Shown here: positions 9,027 to 18,623 of the stretch, piece by piece
How the letters are laid out: every line of letters begins with the position of its first letter
Numbering within the stretch: position 1 is the stretch's first letter
Program-made: the position numbers and the translations under genes
The notes under the pieces: model-generated
The model's database searches: none
What the model was told of the DNA's origin: nothing
The model's input: the letters and a program-made list of their open reading frames with translations, nothing else
NCBI GenBank assembly: GCA_017469275.1
Contig: JAFUGT010000014.1
Location: forward strand, 2,079 to 66,078
Length of the DNA: 64,000 nt
Reading direction: 5' to 3'
DNA from: Lachnospiraceae bacterium
GTDB taxonomy: Bacteria > Bacillota > Clostridia > Lachnospirales > Lachnospiraceae

Positions 9027-10514
9027 TCATTTTTTTATCTTAGCCTTGGATCCAACACCTTTGGACTTAAGAAGTTTCTTATAAGTCGCAAGCTTCTTCT
9101 TAGGCACCTTGAAAGTCGCCTTCTTGTGAGTACCCTTAAATGCCTTAGCTCCAACTTTCTTATTGGTAAGTTTGGTAGTCTTAATCGTTATCGACTTAAG
9201 CTTCTTACATCCAAAGAAGGCCTGTTTACCAATCTTTTCAACCCCCGAAGGAATCACTATCTTCTTGATTTTAGTACACTTATAGAACGCCTTGGCTCCA
9301 ATTATTCTGGTATTGCTGCCTTTGAATATAACTGTCTGAAGGTTCGTGCACCCGGAAAATGCCTCAGCTCCAATTGTCTCTATATTACTGCCTATAGTAA
9401 TTGTCTTAATCTTCTTATTGTTCTTGAATGCTTTGGCAGCAATTGATGTGACTCTATACGCTCTGCCGGAAGAGGTAACGGTATCCGGAATAACAGGATT
9501 CTCTTCTGTAGTTCCCTCCGAACGATATTCTACAGTCTTCTCACCGGTTGCTTCTTCCTTCTGAACATATGTTGTATCTTCATTCTGTGATGGAATCACC
9601 TGTTCCGTAGTATCAACAGAAGGCGGATTATCACCTGTAGTAACTTTGCCATCAGAACTTACCGTACCTGCAAAAGACCAAACATCAGTCTTGGATATAT
9701 CAAGATGGATAGCCGGACGAACAGCGAGGTCATATCGATTAACCTGCATACCCTTGTGATCGGGTATATTACCACTCTCCCAAATATACAGGGCATTGTT
9801 TGTGTAATATCCGGGTGTCCTTAACCACCAGCCTCCCTTTTCACCGGCTTTGTTGGTATTCGTCGATAATGCAGTTCCACCAGCCTCTACAAATGCAGTA
9901 TTAAGACTTTCTCTGGTGGCATTTGCGCTATCAGCAGAAGAAAAACCGTAAGCTGTATTCGTCACATCCTGATACGACAACAGGAATACTTTGTCTTTAG
10001 TTGCAGCCGCTGCCTTGGCAGGTCTGTCAGGATTAGGTGATTCAGGTACATTAGTCTCATATATAGCAGCCTGTTCAGTTGCCGTAAAAGCTTTGTTAAT
10101 AAAGTTGGATGAAGTATAATTCGCTTTATAAGCATTGTATGTACTATTATATCCGTTAAGCCAGCTTCGCACTATACTCTGACTCCATTCATACTGATCC
10201 AGATTCTTATTGAATCTTTGAGTGTCAAGATTGCCGTCAGCCACAAGAAAAGCATCATTACCATTAACCTGTAAGACTCTCCATTTGATAGCATCCTGTT
10301 TAATTCCTTTGGAATCGGTCTGCGCATACCTTCCAAAATACACAGTATCCCATGTGGTTACTCCGCCAGCAACTCTCGGATTAGAAATCTTTGCAGCATT
10401 AACAGTTGTCATATCATTCGACACTACACATGAAAACATCGGCACCACTAACGCTAACGATAAGGCTGCCGATAATATACGTTTTTTCAACGTCTTCCCT
10501 CTCTTAGAATACAT
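9027..10514 (-). CDS. Secreted surface protein: DUF6273-like N-domain plus BspA-type leucine-rich repeats and a Lys-rich tail
   Basis: Signal peptide, then IKWRVL...WWLRTPG motifs. The C-terminal repeats (I.IGS.IE.IG..AF.GC..L) are typical of the BspA/LRR_5 type. The protein ends in a poly-Lys tail with no LPXTG motif. Confidence 0.6.
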   Translation of the reverse strand: MYSKRGKTLKKRILSAALSLALVVPMFSCVVSNDMTTVNAAKISNPRVAGGVTTWDTVYFGRYAQTDSKGIKQDAIKWRVLQVNGNDAFLVADGNLDTQRFNKNLDQYEWSQSIVRSWLNGYNSTYNAYKANYTSSNFINKAFTATEQAAIYETNVPESPNPDRPAKAAAATKDKVFLLSYQDVTNTAYGFSSADSANATRESLNTAFVEAGGTALSTNTNKAGEKGGWWLRTPGYYTNNALYIWESGNIPDHKGMQVNRYDLAVRPAIHLDISKTDVWSFAGTVSSDGKVTTGDNPPSVDTTEQVIPSQNEDTTYVQKEEATGEKTVEYRSEGTTEENPVIPDTVTSSGRAYRVTSIAAKAFKNNKKIKTITIGSNIETIGAEAFSGCTNLQTVIFKGSNTRIIGAKAFYKCTKIKKIVIPSGVEKIGKQAFFGCKKLKSITIKTTKLTNKKVGAKAFKGTHKKATFKVPKKKLATYKKLLKSKGVGSKAKIKK

Positions 10515-10646
10515 TACAACTCCTCCTTTGATATATATATGCCGTAAAACAATATATGATTATTCTTAGTTTATCAAATAATCACAAATTCCACAAGATT
10601 TTTTTATATAAATTCAAAAAAATGCTTAAACAATTTATGGAAAAGC

Positions 10647-10674
10647 ACTTTTTGTTAATTTCCTTCATAAAATA
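10647..10674 (+). promoter_or_regulatory. Mother-cell (SigK/SigE-type) promoter candidate for sigK
   Basis: AC (10647-10648), a 17-nt spacer, then CATAAAATA (10666-10674). This matches the B. subtilis SigK consensus AC-N16-17-CATAnnnTA. Confidence 0.4.
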
Positions 10675-10691
10675 TTGAAAAGCCCTTTCAG

Positions 10692-11333
10692 GTGACCGAC
10701 GTGCAGACTTTCAAAAAGCCTCTATCAAAAGAAGCAGAATTATACTATCTAACACAGAGTAAAAATGGCGACCTGAGGGCAAGGAATATTCTTGTTGAAT
10801 ATAATCTCAGACTTGTAGCCCATATCGTCAAAAAATATAACAACTTTGAGAGAGATACCGACGATCTGATATCCATTGGAACCATCGGACTCATCAAAGC
10901 TATCAATACTTACGATATTGAAAAAGGAAACCGTCTCGCCACATACGCCTCCCGCTGCATAGAGAATGAGCTTCTAATGATGCTTCGTCAGGAGAGAAAA
11001 TGTTCCAGGGAATTCTCATTATACGAGCCTATCGGTACTGACAAAGAAGGCAATGAAATCAATCTTCTTGATATAGTCGAAAGTAACAACACAGATATGA
11101 CTGAAAACATATCTTTGGAAGACGACATCAAACATCTCCATCATTCAATGAAGAACACTCTCACCGACAGAGAAACTGAGGTGTTGACACTGCGTTATGG
11201 TCTTTTCGGTCAAAAACCTCTCACCCAACGCGAGATTGCAAAGAAACTTAACATCTCACGTTCTTATGTGTCGCGCATTGAAAAGAAGGCTCTTTCCAAA
11301 CTCAAAACCTCAATGGACAGTACCTCTCCTTAA
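10692..11333 (+). CDS. sigK: Sporulation sigma factor SigK-like (sigma-70 family, group 3)
   Basis: NLRLVAHIVKKY, DLISIGTIGLIKAI, ATYASRCIENELLMMLR, PIGTDKEGNEINLLDIV and ISRSYVSRIEKKAL closely track SigK rather than the SigE signature (LVVYIARKF). GTG start. An in-frame stop 24 nt upstream leaves no room for a pro-sequence. Confidence 0.8.
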   Translation: MTDVQTFKKPLSKEAELYYLTQSKNGDLRARNILVEYNLRLVAHIVKKYNNFERDTDDLISIGTIGLIKAINTYDIEKGNRLATYASRCIENELLMMLRQERKCSREFSLYEPIGTDKEGNEINLLDIVESNNTDMTENISLEDDIKHLHHSMKNTLTDRETEVLTLRYGLFGQKPLTQREIAKKLNISRSYVSRIEKKALSKLKTSMDSTSP

Positions 11334-12560
11334 TACCGTTCCAACAGGAAGCATTTCTCCCACATCGACGATAAGCGGTTCCTTTGGGTGAGGTGCACTC
11401 TCAACGCATTTTCCTTCACTGCCTATTATCTCTTTTACTTTTAATTTTTTGTTACTTCCATCAAAGAGCATCGCCTCAATAACTTCTCCAACACTGAATT
11501 TGTTCCTCTGCATGAAGCAGAGTCTGCCCTTATCATCAACCTTCTCCACAGTTCCTATATAAGTATATTCTTTGACATATTCATTGTTATCATACACCTG
11601 CGAGTTCTCATCAGTTTTACCAAAATAAAATCCGGTAGTAAACTGACGGTAGGTGCATTTCCCAATCTCTTCCCTATAATAATCAAGATTATTCCTGTAC
11701 ACATCTATGCCCTTATTATAATCATCAATGGCTTTTCTGTAAGTTCTTGTTACTGTTGCCACATAAAGAGCCGTCTTCATCCTGCCTTCTATCTTGAAAC
11801 TGTCAATTCCCGACTCCATAAGTTCCGGTATGTGCTCCACCATATTGAGATCCTTGGAATTGAAGATATATGTACCGCGGTCATCCTCATCCACCGGAAA
11901 ATATTCACCCGGGCGTTGTTCTTCCACAACACTGTATTTCCACCTGCACGGGTGTGTACATGCCCCCTGATTAGCGTCTCTCCCGGTCAGGAAATGCGAT
12001 AACAGGCATCTACCGGAATAGGATATGCACATAGCTCCGTGAACAAAGCTTTCTATCTCCATATCCTCAGGAATATGGTCTCTTATCTCTCTGATTTCTT
12101 TGAGAGACAACTCCCTTGCAGACACAACTCTCGATGCACCCATATCATGCCAAAAATTATATATACCGTAATTGGTATTATTAGCCTGTGTACTTATATG
12201 TCTTTCCACATCCGGTAAGATTTCTTTTGCCATCATGAACACGGCAGGATCGGATATAATAAGAGCATCTATTCCTACCGGTTTGAGTTCTTCAAAATAT
12301 TGTCTTATTCCCTCAAGATCCTCATTGTGCGCAAATATATTAGCCGTCACATATAATTTCACTCCACGGTCATGACAATACTTTACCGCACTTGTCATAT
12401 CTTCCAGAGAGAAATTATGTGCCTTAGCCCGTAAACCGAACCTCTCCCCACCTATATATACGGCATCTGCTCCATAATTCACTGCCACCTTGAGAACTTC
12501 CAGACTCCCTGCCGGAATCAATAATTCTGTCTTTCTATTATCTTTATCACTCATGTTCAA
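11310..12560 (-). CDS. U32 family peptidase (YrrO/TrhP-like, tRNA U34 hydroxylation family)
   Basis: 416 aa with U32 motifs (E.S.H.A.CISYSGRCLLS). It is adjacent to a yrrM-like methyltransferase, as in B. subtilis yrrM-yrrN-yrrO. Confidence 0.85.
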   Translation of the reverse strand: MNMSDKDNRKTELLIPAGSLEVLKVAVNYGADAVYIGGERFGLRAKAHNFSLEDMTSAVKYCHDRGVKLYVTANIFAHNEDLEGIRQYFEELKPVGIDALIISDPAVFMMAKEILPDVERHISTQANNTNYGIYNFWHDMGASRVVSARELSLKEIREIRDHIPEDMEIESFVHGAMCISYSGRCLLSHFLTGRDANQGACTHPCRWKYSVVEEQRPGEYFPVDEDDRGTYIFNSKDLNMVEHIPELMESGIDSFKIEGRMKTALYVATVTRTYRKAIDDYNKGIDVYRNNLDYYREEIGKCTYRQFTTGFYFGKTDENSQVYDNNEYVKEYTYIGTVEKVDDKGRLCFMQRNKFSVGEVIEAMLFDGSNKKLKVKEIIGSEGKCVESAPHPKEPLIVDVGEMLPVGTVLRRGTVH

Positions 12561-12652
12561 TCCCTTGTAATTATCCTTATAATTATTCTTGTATCGTCAA
12601 TTCTCTATTTATTGATTTCTTTTATTATAATTCTCACTATACCTAAAGATAT

Positions 12653-13294
12653 TCACAATTTTACCGACAAAGCGACTCCATCACCTATAGATATAACCGA
12701 AGTATCTAACAGCTCATTATGTGTAAGTTCATAAAGGTATTCTCTCATCCTTGCATGTATAGTCCTGTTCCTGCGTTCTACCACAAACTTAGAATCCAGC
12801 ACTTCACCGTCCTGAAGGACATTATCAGATATCAGTACTCCATCATCTTCCATAAGTCTTATTACATCCGGAAGAAAATTGATATACTGTCCCTTGGCAG
12901 CATCCATAAAAATAAGATCAAACTTCTCATTCAGGTCATGCAAAACCTCTGTCGCATCTCCTTCAATAAGAGTTATCTTATCTCCCGTATCGGTTCTCTC
13001 GAAATTAGCCCTTGCTTTAACAACTCTCGGAGCCCAATTCTCTATTGTAGTAATATGTCCGCCCTCAGGAATGAACATACTCATATATATAGCAGAAAAT
13101 CCCACCGCAGTACCAACTTCAAGAACCTTCATGGGTTTTTTGATGCTTAACAAAGTCCTTATAAAGCTTCTGGTTTCCATCCTGACTATCGGAACCTCAT
13201 CTTCAAGCGCCTCTCGCTCTATATCTCCTAAAACACCCAGCTTCTCACAATTTAACGAATTAATATATGATGTAATCCTCTCATCTGTAATCAT
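12653..13294 (-). CDS. Class I SAM-dependent O-methyltransferase (YrrM/TrmR-like)
   Basis: O-methyltransferase family 3 motifs (VLEVGTAVGFSAIYM, DLIFMDAAK). Synteny with the U32 peptidase and the MltG-like gene supports the call. Confidence 0.8.
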   Translation of the reverse strand: MITDERITSYINSLNCEKLGVLGDIEREALEDEVPIVRMETRSFIRTLLSIKKPMKVLEVGTAVGFSAIYMSMFIPEGGHITTIENWAPRVVKARANFERTDTGDKITLIEGDATEVLHDLNEKFDLIFMDAAKGQYINFLPDVIRLMEDDGVLISDNVLQDGEVLDSKFVVERRNRTIHARMREYLYELTHNELLDTSVISIGDGVALSVKL

Positions 13295-13409
13295 GACGGC
13301 TCCTCTGTTCTAATATATATACTCATTCCCCACGTTCGGATGACTGAATATGTAACACTCATGCTTCGCATTCGTTAACATATTCATGTCTCCTCTGTAC
13401 TCTATATAT

Positions 13410-13790
13410 TCATGTCTCCTCGCTTTTTATACCACATATACACCTGCATATCTCGTCAGGAGTCATAGATGGGCCCAATTCGTAAGTTCCTGCTTGAATC
13501 TTGGAATTATATTTACCCAGATACATTCTCGCAAGTACAAGATATTCTCCATCAACAACTTGAAGATCATCAAGTAATTTTGCAACATCCATAGCATTGC
13601 TTCCCGGCTCTATTGTAATATTCATCATCTCCGTAGTTGCCGGTTTATATGGAACATCAGCAAATAGTTTGTAGGAAAAATGATAAGAATATAGAAATCC
13701 CTGAAAAATTCCAAGTACAAAAAGCATATTAATCATAGTTCTGAACACGAATTCTATTATTATCTTGAATTTACTTTCTCCACTTGTCAT
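13410..13790 (-). CDS. Truncated MltG/YceG-like protein (TM plus N-terminal LysM-like domain only)
   Basis: TM helix, then NITIEPGSNAMDVAKLL...KIQAGTYELGPSMTPDEI, which matches the N-terminal part of YceG/MltG. The ORF stops at 126 aa, and only ~115 nt follow before the next gene. Confidence 0.6.
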   Translation of the reverse strand: MTSGESKFKIIIEFVFRTMINMLFVLGIFQGFLYSYHFSYKLFADVPYKPATTEMMNITIEPGSNAMDVAKLLDDLQVVDGEYLVLARMYLGKYNSKIQAGTYELGPSMTPDEICRCICGIKSEET

Positions 13791-13815
13791 TTTGTATTCC
13801 TTTCACTTTTGACAC

Positions 13816-14166
13816 TTACATCATATAATCGTAATCGAGCTCGATATCTTTGGTAATCTCCTCATACATCTCAGCCATTTTCCGCGACAACATCTGTTCG
13901 GCAACAAGAAATCTGTTCACGACAGGTTGTCTTAAAACATTTTCATATTCAAGACCAAGACTGTGTATCTCCTGATATCTGTTAATACCATCATCATAGC
14001 TTTGCAATTCATAATTACGTCGTCTAAAGGAATTCATAGTCTGATACAATTCCGGACTGTTTTTGACAGCAGTTAGCGCATCCTGATAATTTCTGTATTC
14101 TTCACTGTCTTTAATCGCCTGATTTAATTGTCTGGCATGTTCTATCACGCTATCCGCCTCCTTCAC
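13816..14166 (-). CDS. YlbF/YmcA-family regulatory protein
   Basis: 116 aa helical protein with the pattern ...I..SEEY..Y......V...PEL......F typical of the YlbF/YheA (DUF964-like) family. Confidence 0.6.
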   Translation of the reverse strand: MKEADSVIEHARQLNQAIKDSEEYRNYQDALTAVKNSPELYQTMNSFRRRNYELQSYDDGINRYQEIHSLGLEYENVLRQPVVNRFLVAEQMLSRKMAEMYEEITKDIELDYDYMM

Positions 14167-14263
14167 TTAACGATAAATCCCTCGAACCCTAATCTAAATA
14201 TCAATCTATATAAGATAGTATCTTTCGGACATTCGTTATACTTTCATTGCAAAAATCAAATTA

Positions 14264-15979
14264 CTACACTTCCGTAATTATCGGCAATATCATAGGATTT
14301 CTCTTGGTTCTCTTCCATAAGAATTCGCCCAGATTATCCTTGATAGCCGTCTTAATCTTACCCCAGTCTGTAATATTTCTGTTAAGGCACTCATTAAGTG
14401 CATCAAATGCCACATCATGACATTCTTCCATAAGATTTTCTGATTCTCTGACATAAACAAAACCGCGGGATACTATATCCGGTCCTGCCACAAGCATATT
14501 ACTGTTCTTCTCGAGCGTAACAACAACAATTATCAATCCGTTCTGGGATAAATGCTGCCTGTCTCTCAGCACAATATTACCAACATCTCCTACGCCAAGT
14601 CCATCTACCAATATCCCCTGTGCCGTAACATTTCCTACTATCTTAGCACTTTCCTCTGAGAGTTCCAAAACATTACCATTACTCATGATAACAACGTGGT
14701 CCTTCTCAACCCCCATCTCTCTGGCAAGTTCCGCGTGACGCTTAAGATGTCTGAATTCACCATGTACAGGAATTGCAAACTTAGGCTTTGTCAAGGCATA
14801 GATAAGCTTAAGCTCCTCCTGACAGGCATGACCTGATACATGAGTATCCTGAAAGATTACCTCTGCGCCCTTCATTTCCAACTCGTTGATTACCTTATTA
14901 ATAGCTTTCTCATTACCCGGTATCGGACTTGAACTAAGTATAACAGTATCTCCCGGTTTAATACTAACTCTGTTATGAATATTAGCGGCAATCCTTGAGA
15001 GTGCGGCCATATTCTCGCCCTGACTTCCTGTTGTGATCAACACTATCTGATCATCAGGATAATTTCTTATCATCTCTATATCAATAAGTGTATTATCCGG
15101 AATCTGTATAAATCCAAGTTCAGATGCAGTATTGATAACATTGACCATACTGCGTCCTTCAATAACGACTTTTCTTCCGTACTTATGCGCACTGTTAATT
15201 ATCTGCTGCACTCTGTCCACATTAGAAGCAAATGTCGCTATTATCAAACGATTACTTTTATGCTCTGCAAATAGTATATCAAATGTTCTTCCGACCTTCT
15301 TCTCACTAGGTGTAAAGCCGGGTCTTTCCACGTTGGTGGAATCAGCCATCAAAGCCAGTACACCCTTCTTACCCAATTCAGCATATCTTTGAAGATCTAT
15401 AGTCTCACCAAATACAGGTGTGAAATCAACCTTGAAATCACCCGTGTGTACAAGTGTTCCCGCAGGAGTATATATGGCAAGTCCCGCAGAATCGGCAATC
15501 GAATGATTAGATCTTATAAATTCAATTCTGAAACAACCAAGGTTAATAGTCTGACCATAAGAAACAACTTTTCTCTTAACATTATTAAGCAGATTGTGTT
15601 CTCTTAGTTTGTTGTCAATCAATCCCACCGTAAGTTTTGTTGCATAAATCGGCATATTGAGTTCTTTCTCAATATAAGGAATGGCACCTATATGATCCTC
15701 ATGTCCGTGAGTGACAACCAAACCCTTAACTTTATCTGCATTATCCTTCAAGTAAGTAACATCGGGTATAACAAGATCAATACCCAACATATCCTCTTCA
15801 GGAAATGCCAAACCGCAATCAATTACAACTATAGTATCTTCATACTCAATAGCTGTAATGTTCATGCCGATTTGATCAAGTCCTCCAAGAGGAATGATCT
15901 TCACGCCGGGAGTCTTCTTCTGGTTCTTCTTGTCAAAGAAACGTCCTTCTGACTCTCCCCTTTTCATATTCATTTTCAA
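14264..15979 (-). CDS. rnj: Ribonuclease J
   Basis: Metallo-beta-lactamase/beta-CASP signature VTHGHEDHIGAIPY, about 570 aa. TTG start at 15979 lies 6 nt after GGAGGT. ATG alternatives exist at 15973 and 15967. Confidence 0.9.
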   Translation of the reverse strand: MKMNMKRGESEGRFFDKKNQKKTPGVKIIPLGGLDQIGMNITAIEYEDTIVVIDCGLAFPEEDMLGIDLVIPDVTYLKDNADKVKGLVVTHGHEDHIGAIPYIEKELNMPIYATKLTVGLIDNKLREHNLLNNVKRKVVSYGQTINLGCFRIEFIRSNHSIADSAGLAIYTPAGTLVHTGDFKVDFTPVFGETIDLQRYAELGKKGVLALMADSTNVERPGFTPSEKKVGRTFDILFAEHKSNRLIIATFASNVDRVQQIINSAHKYGRKVVIEGRSMVNVINTASELGFIQIPDNTLIDIEMIRNYPDDQIVLITTGSQGENMAALSRIAANIHNRVSIKPGDTVILSSSPIPGNEKAINKVINELEMKGAEVIFQDTHVSGHACQEELKLIYALTKPKFAIPVHGEFRHLKRHAELAREMGVEKDHVVIMSNGNVLELSEESAKIVGNVTAQGILVDGLGVGDVGNIVLRDRQHLSQNGLIIVVVTLEKNSNMLVAGPDIVSRGFVYVRESENLMEECHDVAFDALNECLNRNITDWGKIKTAIKDNLGEFLWKRTKRNPMILPIITEV

Positions 15980-16287
15980 AATTCTACCTCCATATCATTA
16001 TCTTCCAAAAGCTCATCAAATATCTTTGATAAACTCTCCAATTCTTTTTCATCTTCCACAAAAGAATACATTCCATACTCCTCATCAGATTCGTTCATAT
16101 TCTCTTTGAGTATCAAACATTCAATCTCGTCATTCTCATCAAATTCCTCAGTAGGAACAACAAGATAGTAATTAATTCCCATTAATTCCGTCTCTTCTAA
16201 AACGTAAAATTCTCCTTCTTCTCCATCTTCAAAGTTAATGATTATAGTATCTAATTCTTCATCCATAAATTCAATTCCTTTCATCAA
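15976..16287 (-). CDS. DUF1292 family protein (YrzB-like)
   Basis: Small acidic protein ([14 protein letters not shown]...INYYLVVP) typical of DUF1292. It overlaps ruvX by 4 nt and lies in the same order as B. subtilis yrrK-yrzB. Confidence 0.7.
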   Translation of the reverse strand: MMKGIEFMDEELDTIIINFEDGEEGEFYVLEETELMGINYYLVVPTEEFDENDEIECLILKENMNESDEEYGMYSFVEDEKELESLSKIFDELLEDNDMEVEF

Positions 16288-16706
16288 TTATGTTGTGAAT
16301 CCAGATAGCTTTGCAAAATCACAGCAGCCGCCATCTTGTCCACATAATCCTTTCTGTGTTCCCGTCGCACACCTGCCTCCACAAGTATCCGCTCAGACTC
16401 AATAGTTGTCAATCTCTCATCCTGTAATATAACTTCAAGTCCGGTCCTTCTTTCTAAGTGCTCTGCAAATTCTTTAGTTGCCGCAACCCTTTCACCTTCA
16501 GAGTTATCCATATTCTTAGGATATCCAAGCACAACAAAAGAAACCTTATACTCATCGATCAGTTCTTCAATCTTAGCTAAGGTCTTTCGTAACTTATTCT
16601 CTGACTTTCTCTCAATGGTCATAACCGGCTGTGCTGTTATCATTAGTTCATCACTGATTGCAACACCAACCGTCTTAGAACCATAATCAAGTCCCATAAT
16701 CCGCAT
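16284..16706 (-). CDS. ruvX: Holliday-junction resolvase-like putative nuclease RuvX/YqgF
   Basis: [19 protein letters not shown]... and the C-terminal DERLTT motif. 140 aa. Confidence 0.9.
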   Translation of the reverse strand: MRIMGLDYGSKTVGVAISDELMITAQPVMTIERKSENKLRKTLAKIEELIDEYKVSFVVLGYPKNMDNSEGERVAATKEFAEHLERRTGLEVILQDERLTTIESERILVEAGVRREHRKDYVDKMAAAVILQSYLDSQHN

Positions 16707-16720
16707 CTTAATGTCTCCTG

Positions 16721-16987
16721 TTATCTCAGTCTTGTATCAATATAATTTTCTAACAGGACTTCAATAATCTCATCACGTTCCGCTTTCATAATAAGACTTC
16801 TTGCATTCTTATAGCTTGTGATATATGTAGGATCACCACTCATTATATATCCCACTATCTGGCTTACAGGATTATAGCCTTTTTCAGACAACGCCACATA
16901 TACATCTGCAAGAATCTCTGTAACCGGAAGATCGTTATCTTTCACTACTTCGATAAATTGTGTGTTGTAATTATTACCTTCGTTCAT
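16721..16987 (-). CDS. ireB: IreB family regulatory phosphoprotein (UPF0297/YrzL)
   Basis: [32 protein letters not shown] is the conserved core of UPF0297/IreB. Confidence 0.8.
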   Translation of the reverse strand: MNEGNNYNTQFIEVVKDNDLPVTEILADVYVALSEKGYNPVSQIVGYIMSGDPTYITSYKNARSLIMKAERDEIIEVLLENYIDTRLR

Positions 16988-17045
16988 TCTATCACGTCCC
17001 CATTTCGATAACTATATGATAATATACTTTTCCAAAAGTTGCAAG

Positions 17046-18524
17046 TCAAAATGTATAGGGTATTATTTCACCCACAATCTCATTGTCATTTTCTACCTGT
17101 ACCTTAACATATCTTTTTGTATATCCTGTGAACATTTTACATTTATCATTGTCAGCATTAATCATTTCCTCAACAAGCACCTCATCTGTAATTCCCTTAA
17201 GCGAAGTCTCATAATCCTTCTTCTGCCCTGCTGTAAGCTCAAGAAGAATATCACTTCTCTCATTTTTGATGTTCTCAGGCACTTGGTCAGGCATTTTCTC
17301 TGCCACAGTCCCTCGTCTTACTGAATATTTGAATACGTGTATCTCATACAGGTTAAGTCTTTTCAGGTTGTCAAGGGTAATACCGAATTCTTCCTCCGTC
17401 TCACCGGGAAAGCCAACTATTACATCTGTTGTAATTGCGGGCCTGTCAAAATACTCCCGAATCATCCTGCAGCTTTCCGTGTATTCCTCAATAGTATACT
17501 TTCTGTTCATTCTCTTAAGAGTTTCATTACATGCACTTTGAAGTGACAGGTGAAAATGAGGACACAACTTGTCTATTGTCGATATCTTATCAAGAAACTC
17601 CTTTGTAATTATTCTGGGTTCCAGAGAACCAAGACGTATTCTCTTAACTTCAGGAATCTTCGCCACACAACATATCAGATCTCCCAAATCTCTAACGTTA
17701 TTATAATTGATATTATTTTCAATAACAGAGAAATCGCGACCATACGAAGAAATATGAATGCCTGTTAGAACGAATTCCTTAACTCCGGAGCGTGCTAATC
17801 CTGATATTTCAGCTACCACTTTTTCCGGAGATCTGCTTCTGATCCGCCCTCTTGTATATGGTATTATACAATAAGAGCAAAATTGATTACAACCATCCTG
17901 CACCTTTATATATGCCCGCTGATGATCCAGATATGAGGATGTAAGTTCTCCCATTTCCTCAAAATCTGCTGATTTATCTATCTTAACATATATATCAGGC
18001 TTATGATCGATATTTTCGCTATTATAAACAAACGGATGTCTATTAACTAAATCCTCATTTGCATTACTTTCATTGTCTTGAGTATTAGCTGTAGCATCCG
18101 TCATTGTATCACGAGTCATATATTTTCCCAAGACTTCCATAATATTGCATTTACGGTCATTGCCGATAACCGCATCAACAAAATCAAGTGCCAGCAATTC
18201 ATCATGGGCTGCATTCACATAACATCCTGCCGCAATTACAATCGCCTCCGGATTTCTTCTCTTTGCCCGTCTTAGCATCTGTCTTGATTTTCTCTCAGCT
18301 ATATTAGTTACCGAGCATGTATTAACTATATAGAAATCAGCAATATCTTCCGGTTCAACCAATTCTATTCCTGAATCAGCCATTATCTTACGCATTGAAT
18401 CAGCCTCGTATCTGTTGACTTTACATCCCAGATTGATAACCGCCGCTGTATACATTCTGCGACCTGACTCCGGGTTGACTTTATTGGTATTTATTTTATT
18501 GGAATTCTCTAATTCTTTAATCAT
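17046..18524 (-). CDS. mtaB: tRNA (t6A37) methylthiotransferase MtaB (radical SAM, TRAM domain)
   Basis: An N-terminal MTTase domain is followed by the radical SAM motif CNQFCSYC and a C-terminal TRAM-like domain. The start is refined to ATG at 18524 (MIKELEN), 6 nt after GAGGTG. The track start is 18542. Confidence 0.85.
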   Translation of the reverse strand: MIKELENSNKINTNKVNPESGRRMYTAAVINLGCKVNRYEADSMRKIMADSGIELVEPEDIADFYIVNTCSVTNIAERKSRQMLRRAKRRNPEAIVIAAGCYVNAAHDELLALDFVDAVIGNDRKCNIMEVLGKYMTRDTMTDATANTQDNESNANEDLVNRHPFVYNSENIDHKPDIYVKIDKSADFEEMGELTSSYLDHQRAYIKVQDGCNQFCSYCIIPYTRGRIRSRSPEKVVAEISGLARSGVKEFVLTGIHISSYGRDFSVIENNINYNNVRDLGDLICCVAKIPEVKRIRLGSLEPRIITKEFLDKISTIDKLCPHFHLSLQSACNETLKRMNRKYTIEEYTESCRMIREYFDRPAITTDVIVGFPGETEEEFGITLDNLKRLNLYEIHVFKYSVRRGTVAEKMPDQVPENIKNERSDILLELTAGQKKDYETSLKGITDEVLVEEMINADNDKCKMFTGYTKRYVKVQVENDNEIVGEIIPYTF

Positions 18525-18623
18525 ATCCAACACCTCATCCATCGTTAAAACACTGTTTTAACGACACCTTATCTTCAAGGAGAAGACTAAGATTGTTACT
18601 ATTCACTTCACATACATTTGTTA

